NCBI GenBank assembly: GCA_964345285.1
Contig: CAYFQN010000001.1
Coordinates: forward strand, 325-64,324
DNA length: 64,000 nucleotides
DNA from: an uncultured Rhodothermales bacterium
GTDB lineage: Bacteria > Bacteroidota > Rhodothermia > Rhodothermales > Salinibacteraceae
Direction: 5' to 3'
Below, in pieces: positions 18,608 through 28,092 of this stretch. The position numbers and the translations under genes were made by a program. Under the pieces are notes generated by a model, which was not told the DNA's origin, did no database searches, and saw only the letters and a list, made by a program, of their open reading frames with translations. Numbering within the stretch: the first letter of the stretch is position 1; each line of letters starts with the position of its first letter.

Positions 18608-18846
18608 GGAACGAAGCCATAGCTTGCTAATTTAACACTTTTCCGAACGAGAAACTGACCCCTTACGGCTTGTTAAGCACAACCGTAGTGCCTCGCAAGG
18701 GCAGTGGTCTCATCGCTCATTCAAACTCTTAATTATATTTGCTGCGCTGGTTTGCCGACGCGAGGCCGCAGATGCAGTTCAGCAAATTCGAGGCAAGCAG
18801 CCTGCGCCGAGGCGTCAGCTGCTCGCTGAATCCTTAACCGTATTAT

Positions 18847-21342
18847 ATGGCCGAAGAACAAAACGTAAAAACTACCGAACCCGAACAGGACGCTTCGACC
18901 GAAGCCCCTAAGCCAGCTGCTGAAGACGATCAGTCTGCTGAAGCAACTGCTTCCGACGAGCCAACAGAAGCCGACTCACCCGCCGCTGATTCTGCTGACA
19001 CCGCAGATCCTGTGGATGAAGCCCCTCAAGGGGGCGATGGTGCCGTGCCGCCCAGCGACGAGTCGCCGAGCGAGCCGCCTGCGCACGTCAACCGCATCCT
19101 CGAAGAGGCTGTAGAGGCGGCGTCTGAAGACATTGGTTTCCCAACGGCCGAAAATGCCGAGGTCGAAATCGCCGAAGTCCAGGAGCCCGCAACCTCTGTA
19201 TCGCTGGACGAACTGCAACGCAGCGACGACATTCCGGGCTTCACCGGCGAGGTCGTGGGGCGCACGGTCACGCTGGACGATCTGGAAGCCAGTGAACGCC
19301 GTGACGAAGATCCGGTCTACAACCAGTTCCGGCAACTCGTCGACGAAACGAGCATCAATGTCCGCGAGCAGGACATCGTGCAAGGCCGCGTCCTGAAGGT
19401 GACGGAGAAAGACATCGTCATCGACATTGGTTATAAGAGCGATGGCATCGTCTCGAAGGGAGAATTCGACCGCGACCTGCAACGCGGTGACACCGTTGAG
19501 GTCTATCTCGAACGTAAGGAAGATCGCGACGGACAGCTCGTGCTCTCGAAAGAGAAAGCCGATCAGGTCCGCCGCTGGCAGCGTGTCGAAGAAGCTTATG
19601 AGAACGAAGATGTCATCGAAGGAACGATTATCCGCCGGATCAAAGGCGGCATGATCGTCGACCTCTTCGATGGCCTTGAAGCCTTCCTCCCGGGCTCGCA
19701 AATCGACGCCCGTCCGGTGCGCGACTTTGACGCGTACCTGGAGAAACGGATGGAGTTCAAGATCGTCAAGCTCAATCCGTCGAACGAGAACATCGTCGTC
19801 TCGCACCGTGCGCTCATCGAAGAAGAACTCGAAGAGCAGCGCCAGAAGATTCTTGAGCAGCTTGAAGTGGGTCAGGTCCTCAAAGGCCGCGTCAAGAACA
19901 TTGTCGACTTTGGTGCCTTCATTGACCTCGGCGGTGTAGACGGACTGCTCCATATTACCGACCTGTCATGGGGCCGCGTCTCGCATCCGAGCGAAGTCGT
20001 GGATCTCGATGAGGAGCTCAACGTGGTCGTCCTCGACTACGACGAGGAGCGTCAGCGCATCTCACTGGGTCTCAAGCAACTCACCGAGCACCCGTGGGAG
20101 AACATTGGCGACAAGTACGACGAGGGCGAAACCGTCGAAGGCAAGGTCGTATCGATTACCAACTACGGCGCCTTTGTAGAGCTGGAGAAGGGCATCGAGG
20201 GCCTCGTCCATATCTCCGAAATGAGCTGGACGCGCCACATCAAGCACCCGAGCCAGATGGTCTCGCTCGGCCAGCGCGTTGAGGTGCAAATCCTCAACAT
20301 CGATGACGAGGAGCGCAAGATCTCCCTCGGCATGAAGCAGCTGGAGCCCGATCCCTGGGAGGGCATCAGCGACCGGTATCCTCCGGGTACGGTGCTCCGC
20401 GGGACGGTGCGCAACATCACCAACTTCGGCGTCTTCGTCGAGATCGAGCCGGGCATCGATGGCCTTGTTCACATCAGCGACCTGTCGTGGACGAAGAAGG
20501 TGCGCCACCCGGGCGACATGATCGACCGTGGCCAAGAGATGGACGTCGTCATCCTCAACATTGACGAGGACCGCCGCCGCATCTCACTCGGCCACAAGCA
20601 GGTCAAGACCAATCCGTGGGATCAGTTCGCCGACGCGTACAGCGAAGGCAGCGACACTACCGGCGAAGTCGTGCGCGTTGAGGACAAAGGCCTGGTTGTG
20701 GAACTGCCGCTGGAGGTGGAAGCCTTTGTGCCGGGCAGCGAACTCAAGAACGGCCCGCGCAACTTCCAGCAGCATTACGCGCAAGGCGACGAGCTAGAGC
20801 TGCGTGTCATTCGCTTTGATCAGGGCCGGAAAGACATCGTGCTCAGTGAAACGGCTAAGGACCGCGACGAAGCGCACGCTGAGCGCCAAGCCGAGCGCCG
20901 CGAGAAGCAGCGTGAGCAGCGCGAACAGAAAAAGGCCGTACGCGACTACCAGGACAGCCCGACGACAGGCCCGACCACGCTGGGCGAGCTCAGCGGCCTG
21001 GGCGACCTTAAGTCGCAGATGGAAGAAGCCGAGCGCTCCGAAGAAGCCCGCCAGCGGACTGAGGCCAAAGCGCAGGAAGTCGTCGAAGAGGTTGAAGCTG
21101 CCGATGCAGACGATGCGGGCACGGATGCTTCCGACGAAGAAGCGGCCACTGGTGAAGCGGACGGGGCACCGACTGGCACCATCCCGGACGACTTCCCGCA
21201 GGCAGCGCGCCTCGAGTCCGCCGGCATCACGACGTTCGACGAGCTGCTACAGGTTGAAGAGCTGACCGATATCAGCGGCATTGGGCCGGCGTATGCTGAC
21301 CAGATCAAAGAAGCGCTGGACGAGCATCAAGCCAGCAGCTAA
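18847..21342 (+). CDS. rpsA: 30S ribosomal protein S1 with acidic N-terminal and K/E-rich plus HhH-like C-terminal extensions
   Basis: 831 aa with six S1 repeats of the form G.V..V..FGAFV.L..G.EGL.HISE. The N-terminal ~150 aa are D/E/A/P-rich. The C-terminus ends ...ESAGITTFDELLQVEELTDISGIGPAYADQIKEAL. Confidence 0.9.
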   Translation: MAEEQNVKTTEPEQDASTEAPKPAAEDDQSAEATASDEPTEADSPAADSADTADPVDEAPQGGDGAVPPSDESPSEPPAHVNRILEEAVEAASEDIGFPTAENAEVEIAEVQEPATSVSLDELQRSDDIPGFTGEVVGRTVTLDDLEASERRDEDPVYNQFRQLVDETSINVREQDIVQGRVLKVTEKDIVIDIGYKSDGIVSKGEFDRDLQRGDTVEVYLERKEDRDGQLVLSKEKADQVRRWQRVEEAYENEDVIEGTIIRRIKGGMIVDLFDGLEAFLPGSQIDARPVRDFDAYLEKRMEFKIVKLNPSNENIVVSHRALIEEELEEQRQKILEQLEVGQVLKGRVKNIVDFGAFIDLGGVDGLLHITDLSWGRVSHPSEVVDLDEELNVVVLDYDEERQRISLGLKQLTEHPWENIGDKYDEGETVEGKVVSITNYGAFVELEKGIEGLVHISEMSWTRHIKHPSQMVSLGQRVEVQILNIDDEERKISLGMKQLEPDPWEGISDRYPPGTVLRGTVRNITNFGVFVEIEPGIDGLVHISDLSWTKKVRHPGDMIDRGQEMDVVILNIDEDRRRISLGHKQVKTNPWDQFADAYSEGSDTTGEVVRVEDKGLVVELPLEVEAFVPGSELKNGPRNFQQHYAQGDELELRVIRFDQGRKDIVLSETAKDRDEAHAERQAERREKQREQREQKKAVRDYQDSPTTGPTTLGELSGLGDLKSQMEEAERSEEARQRTEAKAQEVVEEVEAADADDAGTDASDEEAATGEADGAPTGTIPDDFPQAARLESAGITTFDELLQVEELTDISGIGPAYADQIKEALDEHQASS

Positions 21343-21363
21343 CACACCCGTCTGAAGCGCTAA

Positions 21364-21403
21364 AGAAATAGGGTGGCTCCGTTTGAGGGGCCACCCTATT
21401 TCT
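21364..21403 (+). terminator. rho-independent terminator after rpsA
   Basis: A perfect 14-bp inverted repeat, AGAAATAGGGTGGC ... GCCACCCTATTTCT, starts 22 nt after the rpsA stop and ends in a T-rich stretch. Confidence 0.7.
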
Positions 21404-21485
21404 TGTATATACCGACCCCACCTGGCCGTGCACTCGTCGGCGCACGTCCTTTCACCCCGCAGCATGCGTTTTCAACCGTCTCTCT

Positions 21486-22907
21486 ATGGATCAGTCCGAA
21501 TATCTTCCGAATGCCAGCAACTCGATCACCGTACGGCTGCGCTTGACCAACAAGCCCGGCACGCTGGCGCAGGTCACCTCTACCATTGGCGAAATGGGCG
21601 GTAACATAGGGGCCATCGACATCGTGCACGCACATCAGGACGTCCTCATCCGTGACATCACGATCAATACGCGGAGCGACCAGCACGCCCGCGAGATTGT
21701 CGACAAGATCGACACCCTCGAGAATGTCCATGTCGTCAATGTGTCGGATCGCACGTTCCTACTTCACCTTGGCGGGAAACTGGAGGTGAAGAGCAAGGTC
21801 CCGATCCAGACGCGCGATCAGCTCTCGATGGCGTATACCCCCGGCGTGGCGCGCGTTTGCGAGTCGATCCACGCGCACCCAGAAAACGCCTTCAACCTCA
21901 CGGTGAAGAGCAACACCGTCGCAGTAGTGTCTGACGGCACAGCTGTGCTCGGTTTGGGTGATATTGGACCGGCGGCCGCGCTTCCGGTAATGGAGGGCAA
22001 GGCTCAACTCCTCAAAGAATTTGCCGATGTAGATGGGTTTCCAATCTGTCTTGACACGACCGACGTCGACGAAATCGTGGAGACCGTCGAGCGGATCGCG
22101 CCGGCGTTTGGAGGGATCAATCTGGAGGACATCGCCGCGCCTCGCTGCTTCGACATTGAAAAGAAGCTCAAAGAGCGGCTCGACGTCCCCGTATTCCATG
22201 ACGACCAGCACGGAACGGCGGTTGTCACAGTGGCTGCGTTTCTAAACGCACTCAAAATCGTGGATAAAGAGGCCGCCGCGATGAAGATTGTGATGGTGGG
22301 TATCGGGGCCGCCGGTACTGCCGTGACGCGGATGCTAATGCAACTCGGGGTGAAGAACATCATCGGCGTGGATCGCACGGGCGCGGTACACACGGGGCGC
22401 GACGAGCTGACGCTGGCGAAGCAGCGTTATGCCGCGCATACCAACCCCTACGGCGAAACCGGGTCGGTGCACGACGTGATGGAAGATGCCGACATGTTCA
22501 TCGGCCTATCCGGACCCGGCGTAATTGGCGTAGAGGACGTGCGCCGAATGAATCGCGACCCTATCGTGTTCGCGATGGCGAACCCTGAGCCCGAGATTCG
22601 CCCCGAGGTTGCATATCCCCACGTCACAGTGATGGCAACGGGACGCAGCGATTTTCCCAATCAGATCAACAACGTGCTGTGCTTCCCGGGCCTGTTCAAA
22701 GGCGCACTCGCCTGCCGAGCGTCTGATATCAACGACGAGATGAAACTAAATGCAGCCCGTGCCATCGCCGACTCCATCGATGCGGCCAGTCTTACGGCCG
22801 ATTACATCGTCCCCAGTGTGTTCGATCGGCGCGTGGTAGAGCGGGTGAGTGAGGCCGTGCAGGAGGCCGCCATGGACACGGGCGTTGCTCGGAAGTACGT
22901 AGGGTGA
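21486..22907 (+). CDS. NAD(P)-dependent malic enzyme with N-terminal ACT domain
   Basis: 473 aa. It has an ACT-like N-terminus, followed by the malic-enzyme core VVSDGTAVLGLGDIGPAAALPVMEGKAQLLKEFADVD and the NAD-binding GIGAAGTAV. Confidence 0.85.
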   Translation: MDQSEYLPNASNSITVRLRLTNKPGTLAQVTSTIGEMGGNIGAIDIVHAHQDVLIRDITINTRSDQHAREIVDKIDTLENVHVVNVSDRTFLLHLGGKLEVKSKVPIQTRDQLSMAYTPGVARVCESIHAHPENAFNLTVKSNTVAVVSDGTAVLGLGDIGPAAALPVMEGKAQLLKEFADVDGFPICLDTTDVDEIVETVERIAPAFGGINLEDIAAPRCFDIEKKLKERLDVPVFHDDQHGTAVVTVAAFLNALKIVDKEAAAMKIVMVGIGAAGTAVTRMLMQLGVKNIIGVDRTGAVHTGRDELTLAKQRYAAHTNPYGETGSVHDVMEDADMFIGLSGPGVIGVEDVRRMNRDPIVFAMANPEPEIRPEVAYPHVTVMATGRSDFPNQINNVLCFPGLFKGALACRASDINDEMKLNAARAIADSIDAASLTADYIVPSVFDRRVVERVSEAVQEAAMDTGVARKYVG

Positions 22908-22935
22908 CGCAGGGTGGATCGTGCAACCCGCCTGA

Positions 22936-24225
22936 TCAGGAATGAGCTGTCAGTTCTCCAAAGCGGTCGAAGGCGGCTTTTTCGAGCGCAGCCCGATGGT
23001 CCGGGTGAGCGATGTCAATCAGGGCCGCGGCCCGCTCGCGTAGCGTCTTGCCGTACAGGTTGGCGATGCCGTACTCCGTCACGATGTAGTGCACATGCGC
23101 CCGCGTGGTGACAACGCCGGCGCCTTCTTTCAGGAAGGGTACGATGCGGGAGGTGCCGTGACGGGTAGAAGAGGGGAGTGCGAGGATGGGTTTGCCGCCC
23201 TCGGAGAGTGATGCGCCGCGGATGAAGTCCATTTGCCCCCCGACGCCTGAGTACTGACGCGTGCCAATGGAGTCGGCGCACACCTGGCCCGTCAGGTCAA
23301 CCTCGATAGCGCTGTTGATGGCTGTCACCTTTGGGTTGCGGCAGATCACGTTGGTGGCATTCACGTAGGCCGCATCCAGCATCACGACCTGCGGGTTGTC
23401 GTCAATGTAGTCGTACAGTGTGCGCGTTCCCATCGTGAAGCTCCCAACAATGCGACCGGGATGGTTCCTTTTGTTGGCGCCCGTGATGACGCCTCGCTCA
23501 ATCAGATCGATGATGCCGTCCGAGAACATCTCCGTGTGGATGCCCAGGTCGGTGTGGTCCTGCAGTGCTGCGAGCGCTGCATCGGGGATAGCGCCAATCC
23601 CCACCTGGAGTGTGGCACCATCTTCGACGAGCTCAGCACAATGCGCGCCAATGGCGCGCTCGGTATCAGACAGGTCAGGCCGGGGGGCAATGGGCAGCGG
23701 ATCGTCGACCTGGACGGCCGCATCCAGGGCATCGACGTGAATAAGGCCGTCGCCGTGGGTGCGAGGCATGTTTGGGTTGACCTGCGCGATCACGAGGGTT
23801 GCCGTCTCGACCGCCGCGCGGGAGCAATCGATAGACACGCCCAGCGAGCAGAACCCATGCCGGTCGGGCGGGGACACGTGGATCAACGCAACGTCCAGTG
23901 GCAACACACCGCGCCGGAACAGGGCCGGGGCCTCGCTCAGAAAAACGGGGATGTAATCAGCATTGCCGTTGTTAACGGCTGACCGGACGTTCGAGCCTAC
24001 AAAGAGCGCGCTCGTGTGGAAGGTGTCGTCGTACTGGGGGGTGGCATACGGGGCCTCGCCCTCGGTGTGAAGGTGGATGATGTCGACTTCGCTGAGTTCG
24101 TCGGCGCGGTCGGTCAACGCTTCGATGAGGCGCTGGGGCGCGGCGGCCGCTGTGTGAATGAATACGCGGTCACCCGAAGAGACAAGGGACGCGGCATCGT
24201 GGGGGGATACAAAGTGCAGGGGCAT
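22936..24225 (-). CDS. acetyl-CoA hydrolase/transferase family protein (4-hydroxybutyrate / succinyl-CoA:acetate CoA-transferase-like)
   Basis: 429 aa. The family motifs are EVDLTGQVCADSIG and SGVGGQMDF. Confidence 0.8.
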   Translation of the reverse strand: MPLHFVSPHDAASLVSSGDRVFIHTAAAAPQRLIEALTDRADELSEVDIIHLHTEGEAPYATPQYDDTFHTSALFVGSNVRSAVNNGNADYIPVFLSEAPALFRRGVLPLDVALIHVSPPDRHGFCSLGVSIDCSRAAVETATLVIAQVNPNMPRTHGDGLIHVDALDAAVQVDDPLPIAPRPDLSDTERAIGAHCAELVEDGATLQVGIGAIPDAALAALQDHTDLGIHTEMFSDGIIDLIERGVITGANKRNHPGRIVGSFTMGTRTLYDYIDDNPQVVMLDAAYVNATNVICRNPKVTAINSAIEVDLTGQVCADSIGTRQYSGVGGQMDFIRGASLSEGGKPILALPSSTRHGTSRIVPFLKEGAGVVTTRAHVHYIVTEYGIANLYGKTLRERAAALIDIAHPDHRAALEKAAFDRFGELTAHS

Positions 24226-24347
24226 GGACAGGGGGAGTCCGTTCAGGGGAGTGCAGAGGGAGTGCAGAGGGTGCGCAGAGCGGAGGGCGCTCCCGAGTCA
24301 TATTTATATCTGCCCGGGCCCTATGTGGCATCATAGTTGATTGAATA

Positions 24348-24704
24348 ATGAGAAAATCTGTTCTCGGCTGTCGAAATGCCATGCGACTTAAAACTGTAAC
24401 AATCGAAGGGCCACCGGCGCTTATGCGGGAGCTGCGTACCGAAGTGCGCAATCACGTCCGCATGAACAGCGCCTATTATCGCGACATGCTACGTCTGGTA
24501 GCCGGTCGGCCGCTTCAAGTCGGGGAGCGGCCCGGAATGTTGGAGGTTACGTTCGAACTGGCGCAATTCATGCGCCGCCAGGAGCTACGCAGCAAGGTCC
24601 TTCCCCTGGTTGCCGAACTAGCCGTGCGGAAAAATATGCATGAGGAAGCGCGGCAAGTCCAACTACTGTACAAGGATGGTAAAGGCACCGTCATTGAAAT
24701 ATGA
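24348..24704 (+). CDS. hypothetical protein
   Basis: 118-aa ORF in an otherwise empty slot between divergent and convergent neighbours. I recognise no motif. It is coding only by ORF length and position. Confidence 0.4.
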   Translation: MRKSVLGCRNAMRLKTVTIEGPPALMRELRTEVRNHVRMNSAYYRDMLRLVAGRPLQVGERPGMLEVTFELAQFMRRQELRSKVLPLVAELAVRKNMHEEARQVQLLYKDGKGTVIEI

Positions 24705-24742
24705 TGCGGGGGGCGTAGGGAAACCGGCCAGCCCGCGACCGG

Positions 24743-26251
24743 CTAATCCTGCACGTTATCCATCTGCGCCTTCTGCAGCTGTCCGCTGTAGTCCACGTAC
24801 ACCGTCTTCGTTTCAGTGAAAAAGTCGAAGACCTCCCAGCCACCTTCGCGGTGGCCATTGCCCGTATCCTTGACTCCACCGAACGGCATATGCGCTTCTG
24901 CGCCAATGGTGGGACCGTTCACGTAGGTGATGCCCGCGTCAATGTCCTGCATCGCACGGAAGGCGCGTCGCACATCGGCGGTGTAAATGCTGGAGGAAAG
25001 CCCATAGCGGGTGTTATTGGCTAGTGTTACGGCCTCGTCGTACGAGGACACGCTGAACGTCGAGAGGACGGGACCAAAGATTTCTTCCTGTGCGATGCGC
25101 ATATCCGGCTGCACATCCGTGAACAGCGTGGGCTCGAAGAAGAAGCCGTTGTCGAGCCCCGGCCCGGATGCACGGCGTCCGCCGAAGTGCAACGTGGCGC
25201 CTTCATCTTGTCCGATCTCGACGTAGCGGCTTACCTTGTCAAGCCCTTTCTGATTGATGAGCGGGCCCATGTCGACGCCCTCTTCGTTGCCATATCCCAG
25301 CGTGAGGTCGCTAGCCGCCTCCGCAATCCGGTCGACAAAGGCATCGTGGATTGCTTCATGGCAGATCAGGCGGCTCGTCGCCGTGCACCGCTGCCCCGTG
25401 GTGCCGTAAGCGCCCCAGATGATGCCCTCGAGGGCGAGGTCCAGGTCGGCATCGTCCATCACAATCATCGGATTTTTGCCCCCCATCTCCAGCGAAACCC
25501 GTTTGTTGAGCCGCCCACAGGTTGCGGCGATGGACGTTCCCGTGTCGGTTGAGCCGGTGAACGAGATGGCATCAACCTCGGGGTGTTCGACGAGCTCCCG
25601 GCCCGCCTCGCCGGTACCATTGACGATGTTGACAACGCCATCCGGCACGCCGGCATCAACGAGCGTCTCGATGAATAGCTGCCCGCTCAGGGGCGCCTCC
25701 TCGCTGGGCTTAAAGACGATGGTGTTGCCCGCGGCCAGCGCAGGCAGAATCTTCCACGAGGGCACGGCGACGGGGAAGTTCCACGCGGCGATGATTCCAC
25801 ACACGCCTACCGGGCGCTTGATGCTCATGTTAAACTTGTCCGGCAACTCGCTAGGCACTGTATGGCCGAAAAGCCGCCGCGTCTCCGAGGCGGTATAATA
25901 AGCCGTGTCAATCGCTTCCTGCACGTCGCCTTTGGTTTCGAAGAACGGCTTGCCCATCTCACGCGTCATCGTGCGGGCGATGTCTGCTTTGCGCTCGGTC
26001 ATGAGATCGCCCGCCTTGCGCAGAATAGTGCCCCGCTGGGGGGCCGGGCAGGTCTTCCACGCGTCGAAGGCGGACCGAGCTGCCATCACGGCACGGTCCA
26101 CGTCGGCAGGCCCCGAGTTGGGCAACTGCCCCAAGACATCGCGGGTATTGGCAGGGTTGACATCATCGAGGGTAGTGCCACGCGCAGCATCGCACCATGA
26201 ACCATCGATCAGGTTTTGAATCGTGAGATCATTCGTCGAAGTGTCAGCCAT
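24743..26251 (-). CDS. NAD(P)+-dependent aldehyde dehydrogenase
   Basis: 502 aa. The catalytic Glu is in LEMGGKNP, the catalytic Cys is in GQRCTA, and the cofactor motif is FTGSTDTG. Confidence 0.85.
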   Translation of the reverse strand: MADTSTNDLTIQNLIDGSWCDAARGTTLDDVNPANTRDVLGQLPNSGPADVDRAVMAARSAFDAWKTCPAPQRGTILRKAGDLMTERKADIARTMTREMGKPFFETKGDVQEAIDTAYYTASETRRLFGHTVPSELPDKFNMSIKRPVGVCGIIAAWNFPVAVPSWKILPALAAGNTIVFKPSEEAPLSGQLFIETLVDAGVPDGVVNIVNGTGEAGRELVEHPEVDAISFTGSTDTGTSIAATCGRLNKRVSLEMGGKNPMIVMDDADLDLALEGIIWGAYGTTGQRCTATSRLICHEAIHDAFVDRIAEAASDLTLGYGNEEGVDMGPLINQKGLDKVSRYVEIGQDEGATLHFGGRRASGPGLDNGFFFEPTLFTDVQPDMRIAQEEIFGPVLSTFSVSSYDEAVTLANNTRYGLSSSIYTADVRRAFRAMQDIDAGITYVNGPTIGAEAHMPFGGVKDTGNGHREGGWEVFDFFTETKTVYVDYSGQLQKAQMDNVQD

Positions 26252-26434
26252 GACGCAATCGGGTTCGTTGCCGGTCGGTTGTAGAAGAGCGTAGAATGGT
26301 GACCATGATAGGGGGCAAGAGAGGCGTTCTCAAGCGGTGCCGAATGGATCTCTCCTCAGGGCATGCTGTACGTTTGCACCCTGCATTGTATCTTACTATT
26401 CCGATTCTTTTCGCATCACGCTTCCCGCCGCCAT

Positions 26435-27655
26435 ATGCCTGATTCTCCCACCGCTGCCCTCGACCTAGAGGCGCGCCTCTCTCAGCGCGTGCGTTCGGTG
26501 CCGCCCAGCGGAATCCGCCGTTTCTTTGAGATCGCCGCCACCATGGACGATGTCATTTCCCTGGGCATTGGCGAACCTGACTTCGTGTCGCCCGATCCAA
26601 TCCTCCAGGCGGGAATCGATTCGTTGAGCGCGGGGCACACCAACTATACCTCTAACGCCGGACTGGCGGAGCTACGTGAGCTTATTGCCGCGTACCTGGA
26701 CGATCGCTACGATGTGCAGTACGACCCTGAGTCTGAAATCCTTGTGACGGTGGGTGTCAGTGAAGCCATGCAGTGCACCATGCTAGCCCTCCTGGAGGCT
26801 GGTGATGAGATGTTGCTGCCTGAGCCATGCTTCGTCTCGTACGGTCCTACAGCACAGTTTGCGGACGCGGAGATCGTGCACGTGCCTACGTCTGTGGACA
26901 CCAACTTTCAGGTCACGGCCGAGGCGATTGAGGAGCGCATCACCCCGCGTTCAAAAGTTCTCTTTCTTGGCTATCCGAACAACCCAACCGGGGCCGTCTT
27001 ACGGCGCGAGACCCTGGAAGCCATTGCCACGGTGGTCGAAAAGCACGACCTGCTCGTGATCTCCGACGAAATCTACGACCAACTGATCTACGGCCAAGCC
27101 TACGAGAACGGTCACGTGTGTCTGCCGTCCATCCCCGCACTGCGCGACCGCACCGTGTTGCTGGGCGGCTTTTCCAAGAACTACGCGATGACGGGTTGGC
27201 GCATCGGCTATGCCTGCGCGCCCGAACCCATCCTGAAGGGGCTGTACAAGGTACACCAGTACATGGTCATGAGCGCACCGACCGTGGGGCAGTACGGCGC
27301 GGTCGCTGCCCTCAGCGAGTGTGATACCTACGTCGAAGAGATGCGACAGGCATACGACAAACGCCGCCGCTACATCGTCGACGGCTTGAACGATGCTGGG
27401 CTGCCCACCTTTGAACCGGAGGGTGCGTTTTACTGCTTTCCCGACATCCGGTCCACAGGCCTATCGTCGGAAGATTTCGCACAGCAACTGCTCGACGAAG
27501 AGCATGTGGCTTGCGTCCCGGGTGATGCTTTCGGCTCAAGCGGAGCGGGCTACGTCCGCTGCTCGTACGCCACCGGCCTGGACGACATCAAAGAAGCCGT
27601 TGACCGCATCCGCCGGTTCGTGGCAAAACACCAAGACCGCATCGGCAACCAATAA
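26435..27655 (+). CDS. class I/II pyridoxal-phosphate aminotransferase (aspartate aminotransferase-like)
   Basis: The PLP-lysine motif is GFSKNYAMTGWRIGY, with YPNNPTG also present. I moved the start to the ATG at 26435 (MPDSPTAAL) inside track ORF 26363..27655. Confidence 0.85.
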   Translation: MPDSPTAALDLEARLSQRVRSVPPSGIRRFFEIAATMDDVISLGIGEPDFVSPDPILQAGIDSLSAGHTNYTSNAGLAELRELIAAYLDDRYDVQYDPESEILVTVGVSEAMQCTMLALLEAGDEMLLPEPCFVSYGPTAQFADAEIVHVPTSVDTNFQVTAEAIEERITPRSKVLFLGYPNNPTGAVLRRETLEAIATVVEKHDLLVISDEIYDQLIYGQAYENGHVCLPSIPALRDRTVLLGGFSKNYAMTGWRIGYACAPEPILKGLYKVHQYMVMSAPTVGQYGAVAALSECDTYVEEMRQAYDKRRRYIVDGLNDAGLPTFEPEGAFYCFPDIRSTGLSSEDFAQQLLDEEHVACVPGDAFGSSGAGYVRCSYATGLDDIKEAVDRIRRFVAKHQDRIGNQ

Positions 27656-27678
27656 TCACCGTCGGGGCAGTGTACGTG

Positions 27679-28032
27679 ATGCGCATGACTCTCCATATTC
27701 TGGCAGTTACTGCTGGCGCCTTGCTTTTGCATGTCACGCTCGGCTGGGCGTGGACGGTGGGCGCTGGCGTACTGGCCGGCTTGTTGATCACCCAACGCGG
27801 ATGGCTCGCCGGCATGCTGGGGGTGACCCTTGACTGGGCCGTACTGGTCGCATACAATTACGCAGTCGCTCCCGATGCCACCCTAATAATGGCGGACACG
27901 ATGGGCAGCATCATCGGAAACACGCCGGGAATCGCCGTCGTTGCTGGAACGGTCTTGACGGGCGGGCTGCTTGGGGGCTTGGGGGGCTGGACGGGCGCCT
28001 TTGCCCGGCAGGCACTTCGGCCCGCAAGATGA
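27679..28032 (+). CDS. small integral membrane protein, unknown function
   Basis: About 117 aa with 3-4 hydrophobic helices and a G-rich end (GGLLGGLGGWTGAF). The start is uncertain: GTG at 27670 or ATG at 27679. Confidence 0.45.
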   Translation: MRMTLHILAVTAGALLLHVTLGWAWTVGAGVLAGLLITQRGWLAGMLGVTLDWAVLVAYNYAVAPDATLIMADTMGSIIGNTPGIAVVAGTVLTGGLLGGLGGWTGAFARQALRPAR

Positions 28033-28080
28033 CACACTGCAGAAGCCATGAGCTTTGACGTGTGCTGACTCGAAATAAAA

Positions 28081-28092
28081 CCGTTATTGCAA
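28081..28092 (+). repeat. copy 1 of the recurrent 12-mer CCGTTATTGCAA
   Basis: Read directly from the sequence: gaaaTAAAACCGTTATTGCAAtg. The last A of the motif is the A of the prfB ATG. Confidence 0.85.

Noticed and set aside
18734-18741. TATATTTG, which matches the Bacteroidetes -7 promoter consensus TAnnTTTG, in the 239-nt rpsA leader region.
   Set aside because: It is an isolated match with no -33 TTTG at the right spacing. Other promoters in the window look sigma-70-like. This is too weak to annotate.
28086-28091. The TTGCA inside the recurrent motif as a sigma-54 -12 element.
   Set aside because: None of the four copies has the required GG(CAC) -24 element 12 nt upstream of the GC. 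The upstream sequence is A/T-rich instead.
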